Source: Eledone cirrhosa (lineage: Eukaryota). Taken from it: DNA of 64,000 nucleotides. The notes beneath the pieces are model-generated. The model had not been told where the DNA came from and made no database searches. It saw only the letters and a program-made list of their open reading frames with translations. The stretch lies in contig OZ024740.1 in NCBI GenBank assembly GCA_964016885.1, positions 344,410,001 to 344,474,000 of the forward strand. The letters are read 5' to 3'. How positions within the stretch are numbered: the first letter of the stretch is position 1; each line of letters opens with the position of its first letter. Positions 1-12,781 of the stretch are shown here, in pieces. The position numbers and the translations under genes are program-made.

Positions 1-23
1 TATATATATATATATATATAAGA

Positions 24-716
24 GAGAGTATTGAAGTTTGCTTGAAGCATTGTGGAACAATAAGTAAATATCTATAAGTCGTTTGGAACCCTCCACAATG
101 CAAATGGTTAAATCTCCGGGTAACAAGGTCCGGTGGTGGAGAGAGAGAGATGTAAGTGGGTGTACGTTGAGATGCGTGGTGTGTATAAGATGTTTGAGAT
201 GTGTAGAATGGAGGGAAGAGTAAAAGGATAAAAATAAAAATAACAACACAAGAGAGAGTTACCTTGGGAGAGATTTAATAGTCCCTATATATTTCGGATT
301 CACATCCATCAACTGGGGTTTTTTCCGGGGTGGGGGAAAAGGTTGTCTGTCGGACAAGTCCGGAAGGCGTCTTTCGCTGTTTGCTGATTTGAATATCTGA
401 GGTTTTCGGCAGAGCGCGCGTGCGCGTGAAATGGGGTTGGTCGTACAAAGGTCAGCGGCGGAATGAGGGAGTGGGATGGCGCTAGCTGTCAGTCCATTCT
501 CTGCCTGTTTGTTAGATGTTACTGTGTGTGTGTGTGCGTGTGTTGTTGTCTCGCTTGTGTGTGTGTGTGTGTGTGTTGTTGCCTTGTTCATCTGTATTGG
601 CAGTGTAGTATGTTCATATGGTGGAATGCTACAATGTGTGTGTGCGTGTGTGTGGTTGTCTCGTTTGCGTGTGTGTGTGTGTGCGTGTGTTGTGTGTTGT
701 TGCATCGCTTGTTAAC
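24..716 (-). repeat. PLE pseudo-LTR / 3' UTR, copy 1 (runs about 27 nt past the ORF ATG)
   Basis: Matches 3308-3994; CA-rich tract, HHR-like motif, octamer at 98-105. Confidence 0.9.
283..318 (-). ncRNA. Minimal type I hammerhead-like motif with variant core CAGUUGA
   Basis: CCC-CAGTTGA-T-GGAT gtga ATCC-GAAA-TATA-TA-GGG, at the pLTR position where PLE HHRs occur. Confidence 0.6.
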
Positions 717-1150
717 TTAAACCAGCCATTTCATTTCGCTTCTCTCTAATTGGTTGTTTATTTGCGGTTGCAGGCGTTTGATAAAAAGTGCTTCCTTGAT
801 ACGTAACGTGCCGACGTTTCTTTCAGTCGCTAGAATTGTGACAATGGGCCTTCCGTCTTTGTTTCCGTATTTGTCTATGTGTTTCCGGAAAGACGAGGCC
901 CTGGTTTTAGTGTGTTCCTTGATCCGGATGTGTAAAGGTTGAATTGTGCTACCTATGTAGTATTGGTTGCACCTGTCACATTCTATTTTATACACGACGT
1001 ATGTGCGTAGGCAACAGTTAGCATGGCGTATCGGGCAGTCTCTGAGGGAGCATGCGTCAATAGATTTTTCGGGTTTCCTGGAGAGGCATCTTCGCAGGGA
1101 GGGGCCCGAGTGGGCCAGGTGGATGTCGAGGCCCTCTCTCCGAATAGCCT
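717..1150 (-). pseudogene. PLE Cys-rich linker plus GIY-YIG endonuclease (frameshifted from RT)
   Basis: ...CSLRDCPIRHANCCLRTYVVYKIECDRCNQYYIGSTIQPLHIRIKEH...LRIKEALFIKRLQPQIN; stop at 717. Confidence 0.92.
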
Positions 1151-2624
1151 AGCGGTTAGCGTTGGTGGTTTTCTCGCCCAGGTGTGGCATTTTAAGGAAG
1201 CACTTGCCTTGGGTGTTTCTCTGTCTCTTGCGTCTGGTGTCTCCTATTCTGTCTGTGATCGAGGTAGGGTACCCCTTCGTCTCCAGCACCTCGAGGAATC
1301 GCTTGGTATGAGTGACACCACTCGCGGGATCGCTGCATCTGTTTTTGATTTGCGCGATCTCGTTCGTGATGTATCCTCTTTTGGCACTGTTAGGGAGGGC
1401 GGACTTGTAGTGAACGAATAGGTCCCTGCAGGCTGCCTTTCTGTAGAAGTTGCAGTGGATCCCTCCTTGTTCCGTGATGTTGATTCGGAAGTCGAGGAGG
1501 GCAAGTGACCCGTCTTCGTTGGGGTGTTCAACACTGAAGTCAATGTTATCGTCCGTGTTGTTGAACGTCTCATAGATTCTGTTCGCCGTGTCTTGGGAAG
1601 ATGTGAGGATGAGGATATCGTCCACGTACCTTGAGAAAAAGGCTACGGCGTTGGGGTGGCAGGCGTTGAGTGCCTTGCGTTCGAGCTTGTCCATGTAGGA
1701 GATCGCTAGCACACCTGATAGACTTGATCCCATGGGCAATCCCGAGGTTTGTTGGTATATTTGGTCAAGGAATCCGAAGTAGGTGTTGTCAACGACGATG
1801 GATAGGAGTTGGTGGATGTCAGTGGTGGTGAGCCCGAAGCAGTGTAGGTCGGTGGATTGGACGCGTTCCATTAGTATATTGACGGCCGGGAGTGCCGGGA
1901 CCGAGGTGTAGAGAGCGACTACATGAAGGCTGAAGGCATATCTTTTATTCCTTCTGGTGGCGGGATCCATTTGATGCAGGCGCTTCAACACCTCGGAGCT
2001 GTTAACGTGTCCCGGCAAGGTGTCTAAGATGGGTTTGAGTATTCTGGCTAGGAGCCATGACATTTTGTAGAGTGGTCCCTCCACGCTCGATACGATGGGC
2101 CTGATTTTCAGGTCGGGTCCCTGTTCGTGTGTTTTCACGAGGTGGTAGAAGGCGGGTAGTCTGCTGTTCCTCGTGAGGAGGTTGTATCTCAGCTTCTTCG
2201 GGATCTTCCGCCGGTCGTAGATGTTGGTCCAGGCGGAGTTGATGTGTTCTATCTGCGCGGGAGTGATTCCCGTGACCTCGGAGTAGAGGTTGTCATCGTC
2301 AAGGTGTTGGAGGGCCAGGGTGTTGTAGGCCTCTCTGCTGATGACGCAGAATTCTTTTCCCTTGTCGGAGGGGAGATAGATGAGGTTCTTCGATTTTAGG
2401 TTGGAGAGAGTGGTGAGTTGAGATTTGGTGAGGTTATGTGTTGCGCATGTGTGTGTGTGTTTGTGAAGTATATCCGAGATGGAGTGTTTTAGCCTGATGA
2501 GTTTGGTGTCGAGTTCGTGGTTGGTGGGTGGATGGTGGAGTGGGTTGTCGGGGTGGTAAGTGGGGAACTTGGGGTGCGTTGTGTCGGCGCTGTTATTATC
2601 TGTGGCGCTGTTGATAGCGGTCAC
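1149..2624 (-). pseudogene. PLE reverse transcriptase domain
   Basis: 491-aa ORF with PSDKG, FYHLVKTH, RPIVS, VVALYTSVP, QTSGLPMGSSLS, RYVDD, LDFRI, YRKA. Confidence 0.95.
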
Positions 2625-3334
2625 CCATTTAAGTTGGTAAGCGGCTCGACAAAAGTTGGCCTCGATGTTGAGTTTGAGTCTGTCGTCGAGACGTTTGTGA
2701 CGATGAACTTAGGTCCGAGGTGTAGGAGTTTCAGCTCGTCGCTCGTGAAAGTGCCGGTTAGGTCGGTGACCAGGTGCGTCGCATCGTTGAGGTATGGCTC
2801 GGTGTTGGTGGTTGCGGCGGTGGCGGTTGTTAAGTTGTTGTTTTCCACGTGGTTCTGGTCCGTCTGTTCGTTAGTGTCGATGTTCTCGTTTTGGCGTTTC
2901 GATAAGATCCACTCATATTTTCGCTTGAGCCGTTTTTTCTCGTATTGGACTCTGGAGTGGTAGCACTGGTCGATTGCTTTAGTGATTTTTAGGAGCGAGT
3001 CTCCGGGTGCTATTGGCAGTCGATGTGTCCGCTCTGAGAGTGTCCGCTTATGGAAGTGTAATTGGCAGTTGAGATGTCTCAGGATCTGTTTAATACATGT
3101 GCGATGTATGCGGTTAGTGGTGTTTTGGAAGGCTGATGTACGTAGGCTTACTTGTAAGCGGATGTTCTTGATGGTGTTGGGGATGACATCGTTTTTTAGG
3201 CAGCGTTTCAGGAAAATAATTTGGCAGCCAGCGTTGGCCCATTTCTCCGACAGTCTAAACAGTTCCCTTACGGATGCAAACAATTCCTGGCTCAGGTGTA
3301 AGGATAAGAGAGTATTGAAGTTTGCTTGAAGCAT
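2621..3334 (-). pseudogene. PLE ORF, N-terminal domain (frameshift into RT near 2640)
   Basis: ATG at 3334; motifs FLKRCLKNDVIP and LLHLGPKF typical of PLE N-termini; overlaps the RT frame. Confidence 0.85.
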
Positions 3335-3994
3335 TGTGGAACAATAAGTAAATATCTATAAGTCGTTTGGAAGCCTCGACAATGCAAATGGGTAAATCTC
3401 CGGGTAACAAGGTCCGGTGGTGGAGAGAGAGAGATGTAAGTGGGTGTACGTTGAGATGCGTGGTGTGTATAAGATGTGTGAGATGTGTAGAATGGAGGGA
3501 AGAGTAAAAGGATAAAAATAAAAATAACAACACAAGAGAGAGTTACCTTGGGAGAGATTTAATAGTCCCTATATATTTCGGACCACAATCATCAACTGGG
3601 GTTTTTTTCCGGGGTGGGGGAAAAGGTTGTCTGTCGGACAAGTCCGGAAGGCGTCTTTCGCTGTTTGCTGATTTGAATATCTGAGGTATTCGGCAGAGCG
3701 CGCGTGCGCGTGAAATGGGGTCGGTCGTACAAAGGTCAGCGGCCGAATGAGGGAATGGGATGGCGCTAGCTGTCAGTCCATTCTCTGCCTGTTTCTTAGA
3801 TGTTACTGTGTGTGTGTGTGCGTGTGTTGTTGTCTCGCTTGAGTGTGTGTGTGTGTTGTTGCCTTGTTCATCTGTATTGGCAGTGTAGTATGTTCGTATG
3901 GTGGAATGCTACAATGTGCGTGTGTGTGTGTGGTTGTCTCGTTTGCGTGTGTGTGTGTGTGCGTGTGTTGTGTGTTGTTGCATCGCGTGTTAAC
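3308..3994 (-). repeat. PLE pseudo-LTR, copy 2 (upstream of the ORF, supplies the ATG)
   Basis: Direct repeat of 24-716. Confidence 0.9.
3567..3601 (-). ncRNA. Variant-core hammerhead-like motif, copy 2 (altered stem II)
   Basis: CCC-CAGTTGA-T-GAT tgtg GTC-C-GAAA-TATA-TA-GGG. Confidence 0.5.
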
Positions 3995-4515
3995 TTAAAC
4001 CAGCCATTTCATTTCGCTTCTCTCTAATCGGTTGTTTATTTGCGGTTGCAGGCGTTTGATAAAAAGTGCTTCCTTGATACGTAACGTGCCGACGTTTCTT
4101 TCAGTCGCTAGAATTGTGACAATGGGCCTTCCGTCTTTGTTTCCGCATTTGTCTATGTGTTTCCGGAAAGACGAGGCCCTGGTTTTAGTGTGTTCCTTGA
4201 TCCGGATGTGCAAAGGTCGAATTGTGCTACCTATGTAGTATTGGTTGCACCTGTCACATTCTATCTTAAACACGACGTATGTGCGTAGGCAACAGTTAGC
4301 ATGGCGTATCGGGTAGTCTCTGGGGGAGCATGCGTCAATAGATTTTTCGGGTTTCCTGGAGAAGCATCTTCGCAGGGAGGGGCCCGAGTGGGCCAGGTGG
4401 ATGTCGAGGCCCTCCCTCCGTATAGCCTTGCGGATAGCGTTGGTGGTTTTCTCGCCCAGGTGTGGTTTTCTCGCCCAGGTGTGGCATTTTAAGGAAGCAC
4501 TTGCCTTGGGTGTTC
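3995..4515 (-). pseudogene. Second (upstream tandem) copy of the PLE GIY-YIG end, 5'-truncated
   Basis: Near-identical to 717-1215, with a short tandem duplication around 4445-4480. Confidence 0.9.
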
Positions 4516-4517
4516 TC

Positions 4518-4791
4518 TAAGATAGAATGTGACAGGTGCAACCAATACTACATAGGTAGCACAATTCGACCTTTGCATATCCGGATCAAGGAACACACTA
4601 AAGCCAGGGCCTCGTCTTTCCGGAAACACATAGACAAATGCGGAAACAAAGACGGAAGGCCCATTGTCACAATTCTAGCGACTGAAAGAAACGTCGGCAC
4701 GTTACGTATCAAGGAAGCACTTTTTATCAAACGCCTGCAACCGCAAATAAACAACCGATTAGAGAGAAGCGAAATGAAATGGCTGGTTTAA
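4518..4791 (+). pseudogene. Inverted third copy of the PLE GIY-YIG domain
   Basis: KIECDRCNQYYIGST...WLV* on the plus strand; reverse complement of 3995-4268. Confidence 0.9.
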
Positions 4792-5448
4792 GTTAACAAG
4801 CGATGCAACAACACACAACACACGCACACACACACACACGCAAACGAGACAACCACACACACACACGCACACACACATTGTAGCATTCCACCATACGAAC
4901 ATACTACACTGCCAATACAGATGAACAAGGCAACAACACACACACACACACACACTCAAGCGAGACAACAACACACGCACACACACACACAGTAACATCT
5001 AACAAACAGGCAGAGAATGGACTGACAGCTAGCGCCATCCCACTCCCTCATTCGGCCGCTGACCTTTGTACGACCGACCCCATTTCACGCGCACGCGCGC
5101 TCTGCCGAATACCTCAGATATTCAAATCAGCAAACAGCGAAAGACGCCTTCCGGACTTGTCCGACAGACAACCTTTTCCCCCACCCCGGAAAAAAACCCA
5201 GTTGATGGATGTGAATCCGAAATATATAGGGACTATTAAATCTCTCCCAAGGTAACTCTCTCTTGTGTTGTTATTTTTATTTTTATCCTTTTACTCTTCC
5301 CTCCATTCTACACATCTCAAACATCTTATACACACCACGCATCTCAACGTACACCCACTTACATCTCTCTCTCCACCACCGGACCTTGTTACCCGGAGAT
5401 TTACCCATTTGCATTGTCGAGGCTTCCAAACGACTTATAGATATTTAC
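4792..5448 (+). repeat. PLE pseudo-LTR, copy 3 (inverted)
   Basis: Reverse complement of about 3348-3994. Confidence 0.9.
5197..5231 (+). ncRNA. Variant-core hammerhead-like motif, copy 3
   Basis: CC-CAGTTGA-T-GGATgtgaATCC-GAAA-TATA-TA-GGG. Confidence 0.55.
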
Positions 5449-5729
5449 ATATATATATATATATATATACATATATCTGTGTGTGTGTGTGTGTGTATGT
5501 GTGTGTGTGTGTGCTTGTGTGTGTATGTATTATGCTTCACTAACTTTTCCATTCACATGGGATCTGGTCATAAGAGTGTGTAGCTGGTTTAAATTTGATT
5601 CGAAACTGAAGCTGACCTGGATAGCTAATAACTGAATACAGCCCTTCCTCCAGGAGTGGTAACTGATGTGGAGAGTGTTACCTTTGTTCAAATGGCTGGT
5701 TTAATCCTGCTAAAATTCTTGTATTATAT

Positions 5730-6100
5730 TTATCAGTATCGGTAGAGGGTCCGACACTATGCTTTCACGCATAGAGTTATGCCCCTTGCCATTCTGAGTT
5801 CAAATCGGGCCTTTCATCCTTACGGGGTCGATAAACTAAAGTACCAATAATGTACTGGGTAATTGCTGGCCTTGTGCCAAAAGTAGAAACAATTATATAT
5901 ATTACACACAAGGGCGGTGGGTTGTCAGTATCGGGAGAGGGTCGGACGCCATGCCTTGCAACATAGAGTTACGGCCCTTTATGATCTGATTTCAAATCCC
6001 GCCGAGGTTAACTTTGCCTTTCATCCTTACGGGGATGATAAAATAAAGTACCAGTAATACACTGGGTATGTGAAGGTTTTGTGCCAAAAGTAGAAACAAT
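5730..6100 (+). mobile_element. Two tandem tRNA-derived SINE copies with Meta-like core
   Basis: B-box GAGTTCAAATC; core GCCTTTCATCCTTACGGGGTCGATAAA; tail TGTGCCAAAAGTAGAAACAATT. Confidence 0.85.
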
Positions 6101-6378
6101 TACACTCATGGCGACAAGGGGCTAGACAGACCAAAAAGAGGAAATGAGTGAGTAGCCTTATTGATCTGAAAGTGAAGTGTTAAGTTCAGCTAGTTTCCCG
6201 CCGTTCGAATACTGGCGCTTCAGTTCGGATCTAGCTGTTGAAACGGCCGGCGCTCACCGTCGTGGTCCTGAATCTTTTCCTATTACCCACTCTACTATCC
6301 CAAGTATCGAGTACTCTGGTGCGTTATGGTCTACCTGGTTTGTTACCATACCCTATCTGATACATACACACACACACG

Positions 6379-6433
<55 letters not shown>

Positions 6434-7011
6434 ATTTATATATTGGAAATAAAAAACGATTTATATCAGCATTATTGCTAATGCTATTGCAAAAACTTCT
6501 GGCGAACAGTTCAGTGCGGATCATGATGCTAAGAATAAGGATAAGTTACTGGGAATAGACAGATAAAGCATATATACTATTTATTTTGATCGTTCTTCCA
6601 ATTATTACAGACAGAATACTGAATTGTGTTGCTGTTATTGCGATGAAAAGCACTCAGTATCGAAAGACGAAATCGGTGAAAAAGTCGGGTTTATAATACA
6701 ATTTCACTGTTGTTAATTTTAAAGGAATATTTAGAAGAAAAAAAAGCTTAAAGAAATCATATAGGGTAAGATATGTTTATCAGAAAAATATCAACTGTTA
6801 CCAATGACTTATTCATATTGACCCACCCACGAATCTTTAGTCGACTTAAGTTCACATTAAGCGCACGCATATATGAGCTAAAAGACATATTGTCAGACAG
6901 AAACACCCCCTCCCTCACACACACACACAGACATACTCATAGCCACATCTCTCTCTTTCTCTCTCATCCCCTCTCTCTATTTCTCTCTCTATATATATAT
7001 ATGTATGTATG

Positions 7012-7128
<117 letters not shown>

Positions 7129-7551
7129 TTTCATTTATATATAGTTATATTTATATAGATATAAAGCACATGTTTACATATACATATCTGCGTTTCTTTA
7201 GTTATGTATATTCATTACTTTAAACAAATTAAGTTTCTATGATATATAAGGTTACAACATAAAATTTGAATTATGTTTTCATATTTCCCACCCCGTAAAT
7301 ATCGTTAAAATTATGATATATGAAAACCATGTGCTGCATATTATACTACCCATTTCCTACCGATTTGAGTAACACGTACCTCAGTCTGAGTAAATAACGA
7401 AAACGAGGACTCCTAACTGTCTATATATATATATACTTATATATAAATTAACTGATATAAAAGATACAGAAGTGAAAACCAACCAAATAGTGAGTGTGTT
7501 CTGTTATTAATTCTGGCAATATTATTACAACAATATGACCCTCCCCAAGTA

Positions 7552-7664
<113 letters not shown>

Positions 7665-7687
7665 TTATATATGTATATATATATATA

Positions 7688-8286
<599 letters not shown>

Positions 8287-8288
8287 GT

Positions 8289-8560
8289 GAAGACGTGTCA
8301 GGAACAGAAACATGGGTTTGCGATTCTGGACTGGGTGCTGCGTTGTGTCCTTGAGCAAGTCACTTTATTTCACTTTGCTCCAGTTCACTCAGGTTGGAAA
8401 AGGAGTTGCGACATCCCTGAGTCAAAGTGTACAAGCGTTTGCTTCTCCCTTGAACAACACCAGCGGCGTGGAGAGAAGGGATTGGCAAGTGCGACTGTTG
8501 GTCTTAATCAAAACTCGTTGTCCGGGCTAGTTGTCCGGGCTAGTGCCTCAGAGTAGACAT
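8289..8560 (+). mobile_element. SINE of a second family
   Basis: GTGTCCTTGAGCAAGTCACTTTATTTCACTTTGCTCCAG core; related copy on the minus strand at about 29890-30037. Confidence 0.7.
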
Positions 8561-8604
8561 TTATAAAAAAAAAAATACATGGTCTTTCGTAACTACAATT
8601 GGTC

Positions 8605-8666
<62 letters not shown>

Positions 8667-8824
8667 ATATATATATATATAGTCTCATAACCGTACTGCT
8701 AGAAATAACAGTCGTATATATGAGGCGCTTGCAGCTCAAACTAGGAGCAGTTAAAATTAATAAGGTAATGAATTCTTTTACAATGGAATCAGCTCGAATG
8801 AGGAAAAATATCCCTTGAGCAGTG

Positions 8825-9297
8825 TATAAATTAATATGTATGTGATGAAACACAGATACCAACACATCTGTATATATATTGCAAAAGAAAAATTTAGCCA
8901 GATTGAAGTATACTAATTATTATACTACAGTTTGTCCATATCGATTTAAAATAATAAATCAACGGAGACGAACTGTATCGCCAAAAGGCCGTGATGTTTA
9001 GACACATTTAAATTTCAAAATCAAACCTGTTCCGTAGATAAGTTTAGACTTTAAGATCCAAATATGTTTTGAGTTAAATAAGTGTAGGAATATCATGTCC
9101 CGCTCTCCTCAGTAAACATCCAGAGACAAATTGATATGCTTCACTTCTAAATAATTTATCGCCTTTTGGCGATACAGTTCGTCTCCGTTGATTTATTATT
9201 TTAAATCGATACGCAGTATGCTTCAATCTGGCTAAATTTTTCTTTTGCAATATATATACAGATGTGTTGGTATCTGTGTTTCATCACATACATATTA

Positions 9298-9305
<8 letters not shown>
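8825..9305. repeat. Inverted repeat (about 150-bp arms) enclosing a degenerate minus-strand HHR-like motif (9056-9117)
   Basis: 8825-8989 vs 9160-9305 are reverse complements; spacer on minus reads CTGAGGA-GAG...CTC-AAAA-CATA-TT-TGGAT. Confidence 0.75.
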
Positions 9306-9327
<22 letters not shown>

Positions 9328-9328
<1 letters not shown>

Positions 9329-9522
9329 GGAAAAAGTATAACCCCTACGGCAGAGCTCAAGCCGTTTCGGCGGCTGTTTCTGGACCAGAAATAGTCCTCG
9401 AAACGGCTTGAGCTCTGCCGTCGGGGTCATACTTTTTCCTATTTCCCACTCTACTACCCTAAGTATTGAGTTCTTTGGTGTGTTATGGTCCATCTGGTTC
9501 CTTACCACAATTCCTTTGTTAT
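9328..9522 (+). repeat. Dispersed repeat with a ~110-nt hairpin plus conserved tail
   Basis: GGCAGAGCTCAAGCCGTTTC...GAAACGGCTTGAGCTCTGCC; copy at 27141-27335; tails at 6270-6355, 22449-22552 and 40030-40130 (-). Confidence 0.85.
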
Positions 9523-9810
9523 ATATATATATATGTGTGTGTGTGTGTATTGATGGTACATACATATATTTATTTTTTTAATATCCAATTGAGCTCTTAA
9601 ACACGTGGTTAAAAGACCTTACAGGCTTCAATGACCTGTGTATATTATTTTATATTTTACGATGACCTCCCCTTTCCCTTATGGGGAGAGTGTGAATTTT
9701 CTTTTGAAGGTCTACTTGCTTTTCAAACTTAGCTGTCCTTTTAGCACTGACGGAGACCATCACTAATTATTAATATCGATGTATTTTTTTATATCGATAT
9801 TGCATGGGCA

Positions 9811-9933
9811 TCCACTGATGAGTTATAAGGGCCCGCTTGTGTGTATATCTATGGATTATATACAAGTTTCTACATAACCTGGACATTATTTATCCCAAAT
9901 TGTAGAATTCTTATAACGAAACAATCGTATGGA
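9811..9933 (+). ncRNA. Type I hammerhead ribozyme with a large branched stem II
   Basis: TCCA-CTGATGA-GTTATAAG[~80 nt]CTTATAAC-GAAA-C aatc G-TA-TGGA. Confidence 0.85.
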
Positions 9934-10778
9934 AGGAAAGAGAGATTTATTTAATTATGTCTCATATAAAATAATACAACCAGCTATCCACGGAATACTG
10001 TATAGTTAGCACCCAAACACTAAATTGGGATTATACTTAGGTATATCCTAATGTTTGTTGGGTGAGATGGAGTCGGTCAGAGTATCGCTTAAAGCTTTCT
10101 CTGTTTATGTATTAAATATATATATATATATATAAGCAGTCTCATATACACTTCACACTTCCTTGTTCGAGTGTACAATCCGTTGGGTGAATTAATTTGT
10201 TGTGGAATTATCTCTCCTCTCCCTCTCCCCCTCTCTCTCTCTCTCTAAATATATATATATATATACCTACGTATTATACACATATATATATATATCTATG
10301 TATATACATGTGTGTGCGTGCGCGCGCGTTTGTGTGTGCGTGTGCAAGTGTGCGTATATATGATACATGTTTTTTTATACAATTAGTTTCTTCCACTTTC
10401 ATTTTCTCACATTTCTATCTATCTATCGATTTCTCACTCTGTCAGATTCTAATAAAATATAGTCGGTTTCCTCATGTATACATTTATCTGTATTTGCCTG
10501 TCACTTATAAACACATGCATATGACTGAAGTAAACTTTTTCCAGAACACCTACATAGATATTCATGCTTGTATGATTATAGAAATAAAGTTTTAAAATTT
10601 ATCAACACGGTCACTGATTTCTGATATAAAATACTGTTAAATATTTTACATTATCTTGAAAAATATACAGCAAAATACTCATAAACGAGTGGAAAGACTT
10701 CGTTTCCACCAAAATGAGCTAATTATTACAGCAGAAACTTTGTAACGTTGACTGGACTATAAAAGCATATGTATATAT

Positions 10779-10832
<54 letters not shown>

Positions 10833-10917
10833 GCGTGTGTGTGTGTGTGTGTATGTGTGCGTGTGAGAGAGTGCGTGCCTATGTGTACATATATATATAT
10901 GAATATACCTCACACAT

Positions 10918-11059
<142 letters not shown>

Positions 11060-11094
11060 GTATATATGTATGTATGTATATATGTATAAATATA

Positions 11095-11405
11095 TGTTCT
11101 TCTTTTTGGCAAATATCATCTTGCTTAAGAGAGTTGGACTGGCTTTGTGCAGTGCCTTTGCTCACTATAAAAGCTTCACGGCACAGATATTGCTTTATAT
11201 CTGGAGATCTCTCTGCACTTGTCGTCACATGATACCATGGGCCCAGCACTATGTGTCAATAATTGTCACAAGTGTAGTATTTGTACCAGAGTTTTCAAGT
11301 CGCTGGCTGGACTAAAAAGTCACACTCGTTCAGCGCATCGGTAGGGGTTCTCCTACATGGATATAAAGTAGTGGCCGTACTTGAAAACGAGTTGGCAGCC
11401 ACCAT
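11095..11405 (-). mobile_element. Dispersed repeat (probable RTE-associated or non-autonomous element)
   Basis: Highly similar inverted copy at 54053-54355. Confidence 0.75.
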
Positions 11406-11757
11406 GTATAAATATACAAAAAGCGAGATGGAAGAAAAGAAAGAATATATAATCGCATGATGCAACGATGAGAACTTATTAGTAAGCGAAGCATTTTGTA
11501 GCTACTCTTATGCTGACATCGGGATGTTGTGTCTAATTTTAAATCCTTTCTTTGTAAATGGGATCGTAAAGTTTTACAAATGTTGAACACAAATCACCAT
11601 ATAACGCTCTGGTCTTAAGATCAAATGAAGCACTTACCTGATTTGGTCTCTTAATATTCATAAACAAGTGTTAAAATGCGCTTTATCGACCCAGGAAGTA
11701 TGTTACCGCCTATATGTATCATAAAGTGAAATATAATAATATTATCATTATTATTCA

Positions 11758-12078
11758 ATGGGCGGCGATTGGCAGCGGATTGGCAGTATCGATAGAAGGT
11801 TGGACACCATGATTTGCAGCAAAGAGTTACAGCGGTTTTTGGTCTGAGTTCAAATCCCGCCGAGGTTCATTTTGCCTTTCATCCTTACGGGGGCCAATAA
11901 AATAAAGCACCAGTAATACACTGGGATAATTGCTGGCCTTGTGTCAAAAGTAGAAACAATTATCATTATTATTCCGCCGAGGTTGACTTTGCCTTTCATC
12001 CTTACGGCTTCGATAAAATAAAGTACCAGTAATGCACTGGTATTGCTGGCCTGATGCCTAAAGTAGAAACAATTATTA
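11758..12078 (+). mobile_element. Meta-core SINE, one full copy plus one 5'-truncated copy
   Basis: A-box TGGCAGTATCG, B-box GAGTTCAAATCC, core and tail. Confidence 0.85.
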
Positions 12079-12426
12079 TTCGATTTTAAGATTTGGTTTG
12101 ATGGTGGTGGACGTGGTAAGAACCAAAGTAATTCTAAGTGATAGAGATTTAAACACTATCATAACCTATATCTTCTGGAGTCTTATTTATGTAAAACAAT
12201 GTTTATTTTCAAAGTGTCATGCGTTTTTAAGACGTTAAGTTTTGATTTGAAGTAGAACCAGCTCCTACTTATATTTTTGGAATAATAATTTATAGAGAAA
12301 TTTTCTTATTCTAGTTCTCCCAATGATGTAAATACGAGTGAATTAATGATATTTTTCAATCGAGTGTAATATTTCCTTAATTCATGCTATTGTGCCTATA
12401 TTAGAAATCCATTATGTTTAATGAAT

Positions 12427-12607
12427 AGGGCGGTGAATTGGCAGTATCGGTAGAGGGTTGGACGCCATGTTTTGATGCATAGAGTTACGGCCCTTGCCAT
12501 TCTGAGTTCAAATCCCGCATAGGCTAACTTTGCCTTTCATCCTTACGGGGTCGATAAAATAAAGTACCACTGGGATAATTGCTGGCCTTGTGCCAAAAGT
12601 AGAAACA
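12427..12607 (+). mobile_element. Meta-core SINE with 16-bp target-site duplication (TSD)
   Basis: ATTATGTTTAATGAAT at 12411-12426 and 12608-12623. Confidence 0.9.
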
Positions 12608-12741
12608 ATTATGTTTAATGAATCTGGACATTTAAAAAGTAACGTAAGTACTTCTGTGCTGCATCCCTACGCAATCCCATTTAATACGTTATTAATAATG
12701 GCCTGATGTATTAAAATAAATCCTGTCTCCCTTATATAATT

Positions 12742-12781
<40 letters not shown>

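Larger units (their letters stand above)
24..5448 (-). mobile_element. Penelope-like retroelement (PLE), near full length, frameshifted, with tandem pseudo-LTRs and a 5' inverted arm
   Basis: RT (YVDD, QTSGLPMGSSLS) and GIY-YIG (YYIGST..RIKEH..EA..N) on the minus strand. 24-1215 is directly repeated at 3308-4515 (offset about 3284). 4518-5448 is an inverted copy of about 3348-4268. (TA)n on both sides. Confidence 0.95.

Noticed and set aside
717-3334. Active PLE ORF or programmed frameshifting
   Set aside because: At least two frame breaks with no evident slippery site; treated as decay (or sequencing error).
6185-6250. Minus-strand CTGAAGC-GCC..GGC-GGGAAACTAG
   Set aside because: A9 and the NUH site are missing and there is no stem I.
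11758-11860. tRNA-like A/B boxes as tRNA genes
   Set aside because: They are SINE heads joined to a core and tail with TSDs; no complete cloverleaf.
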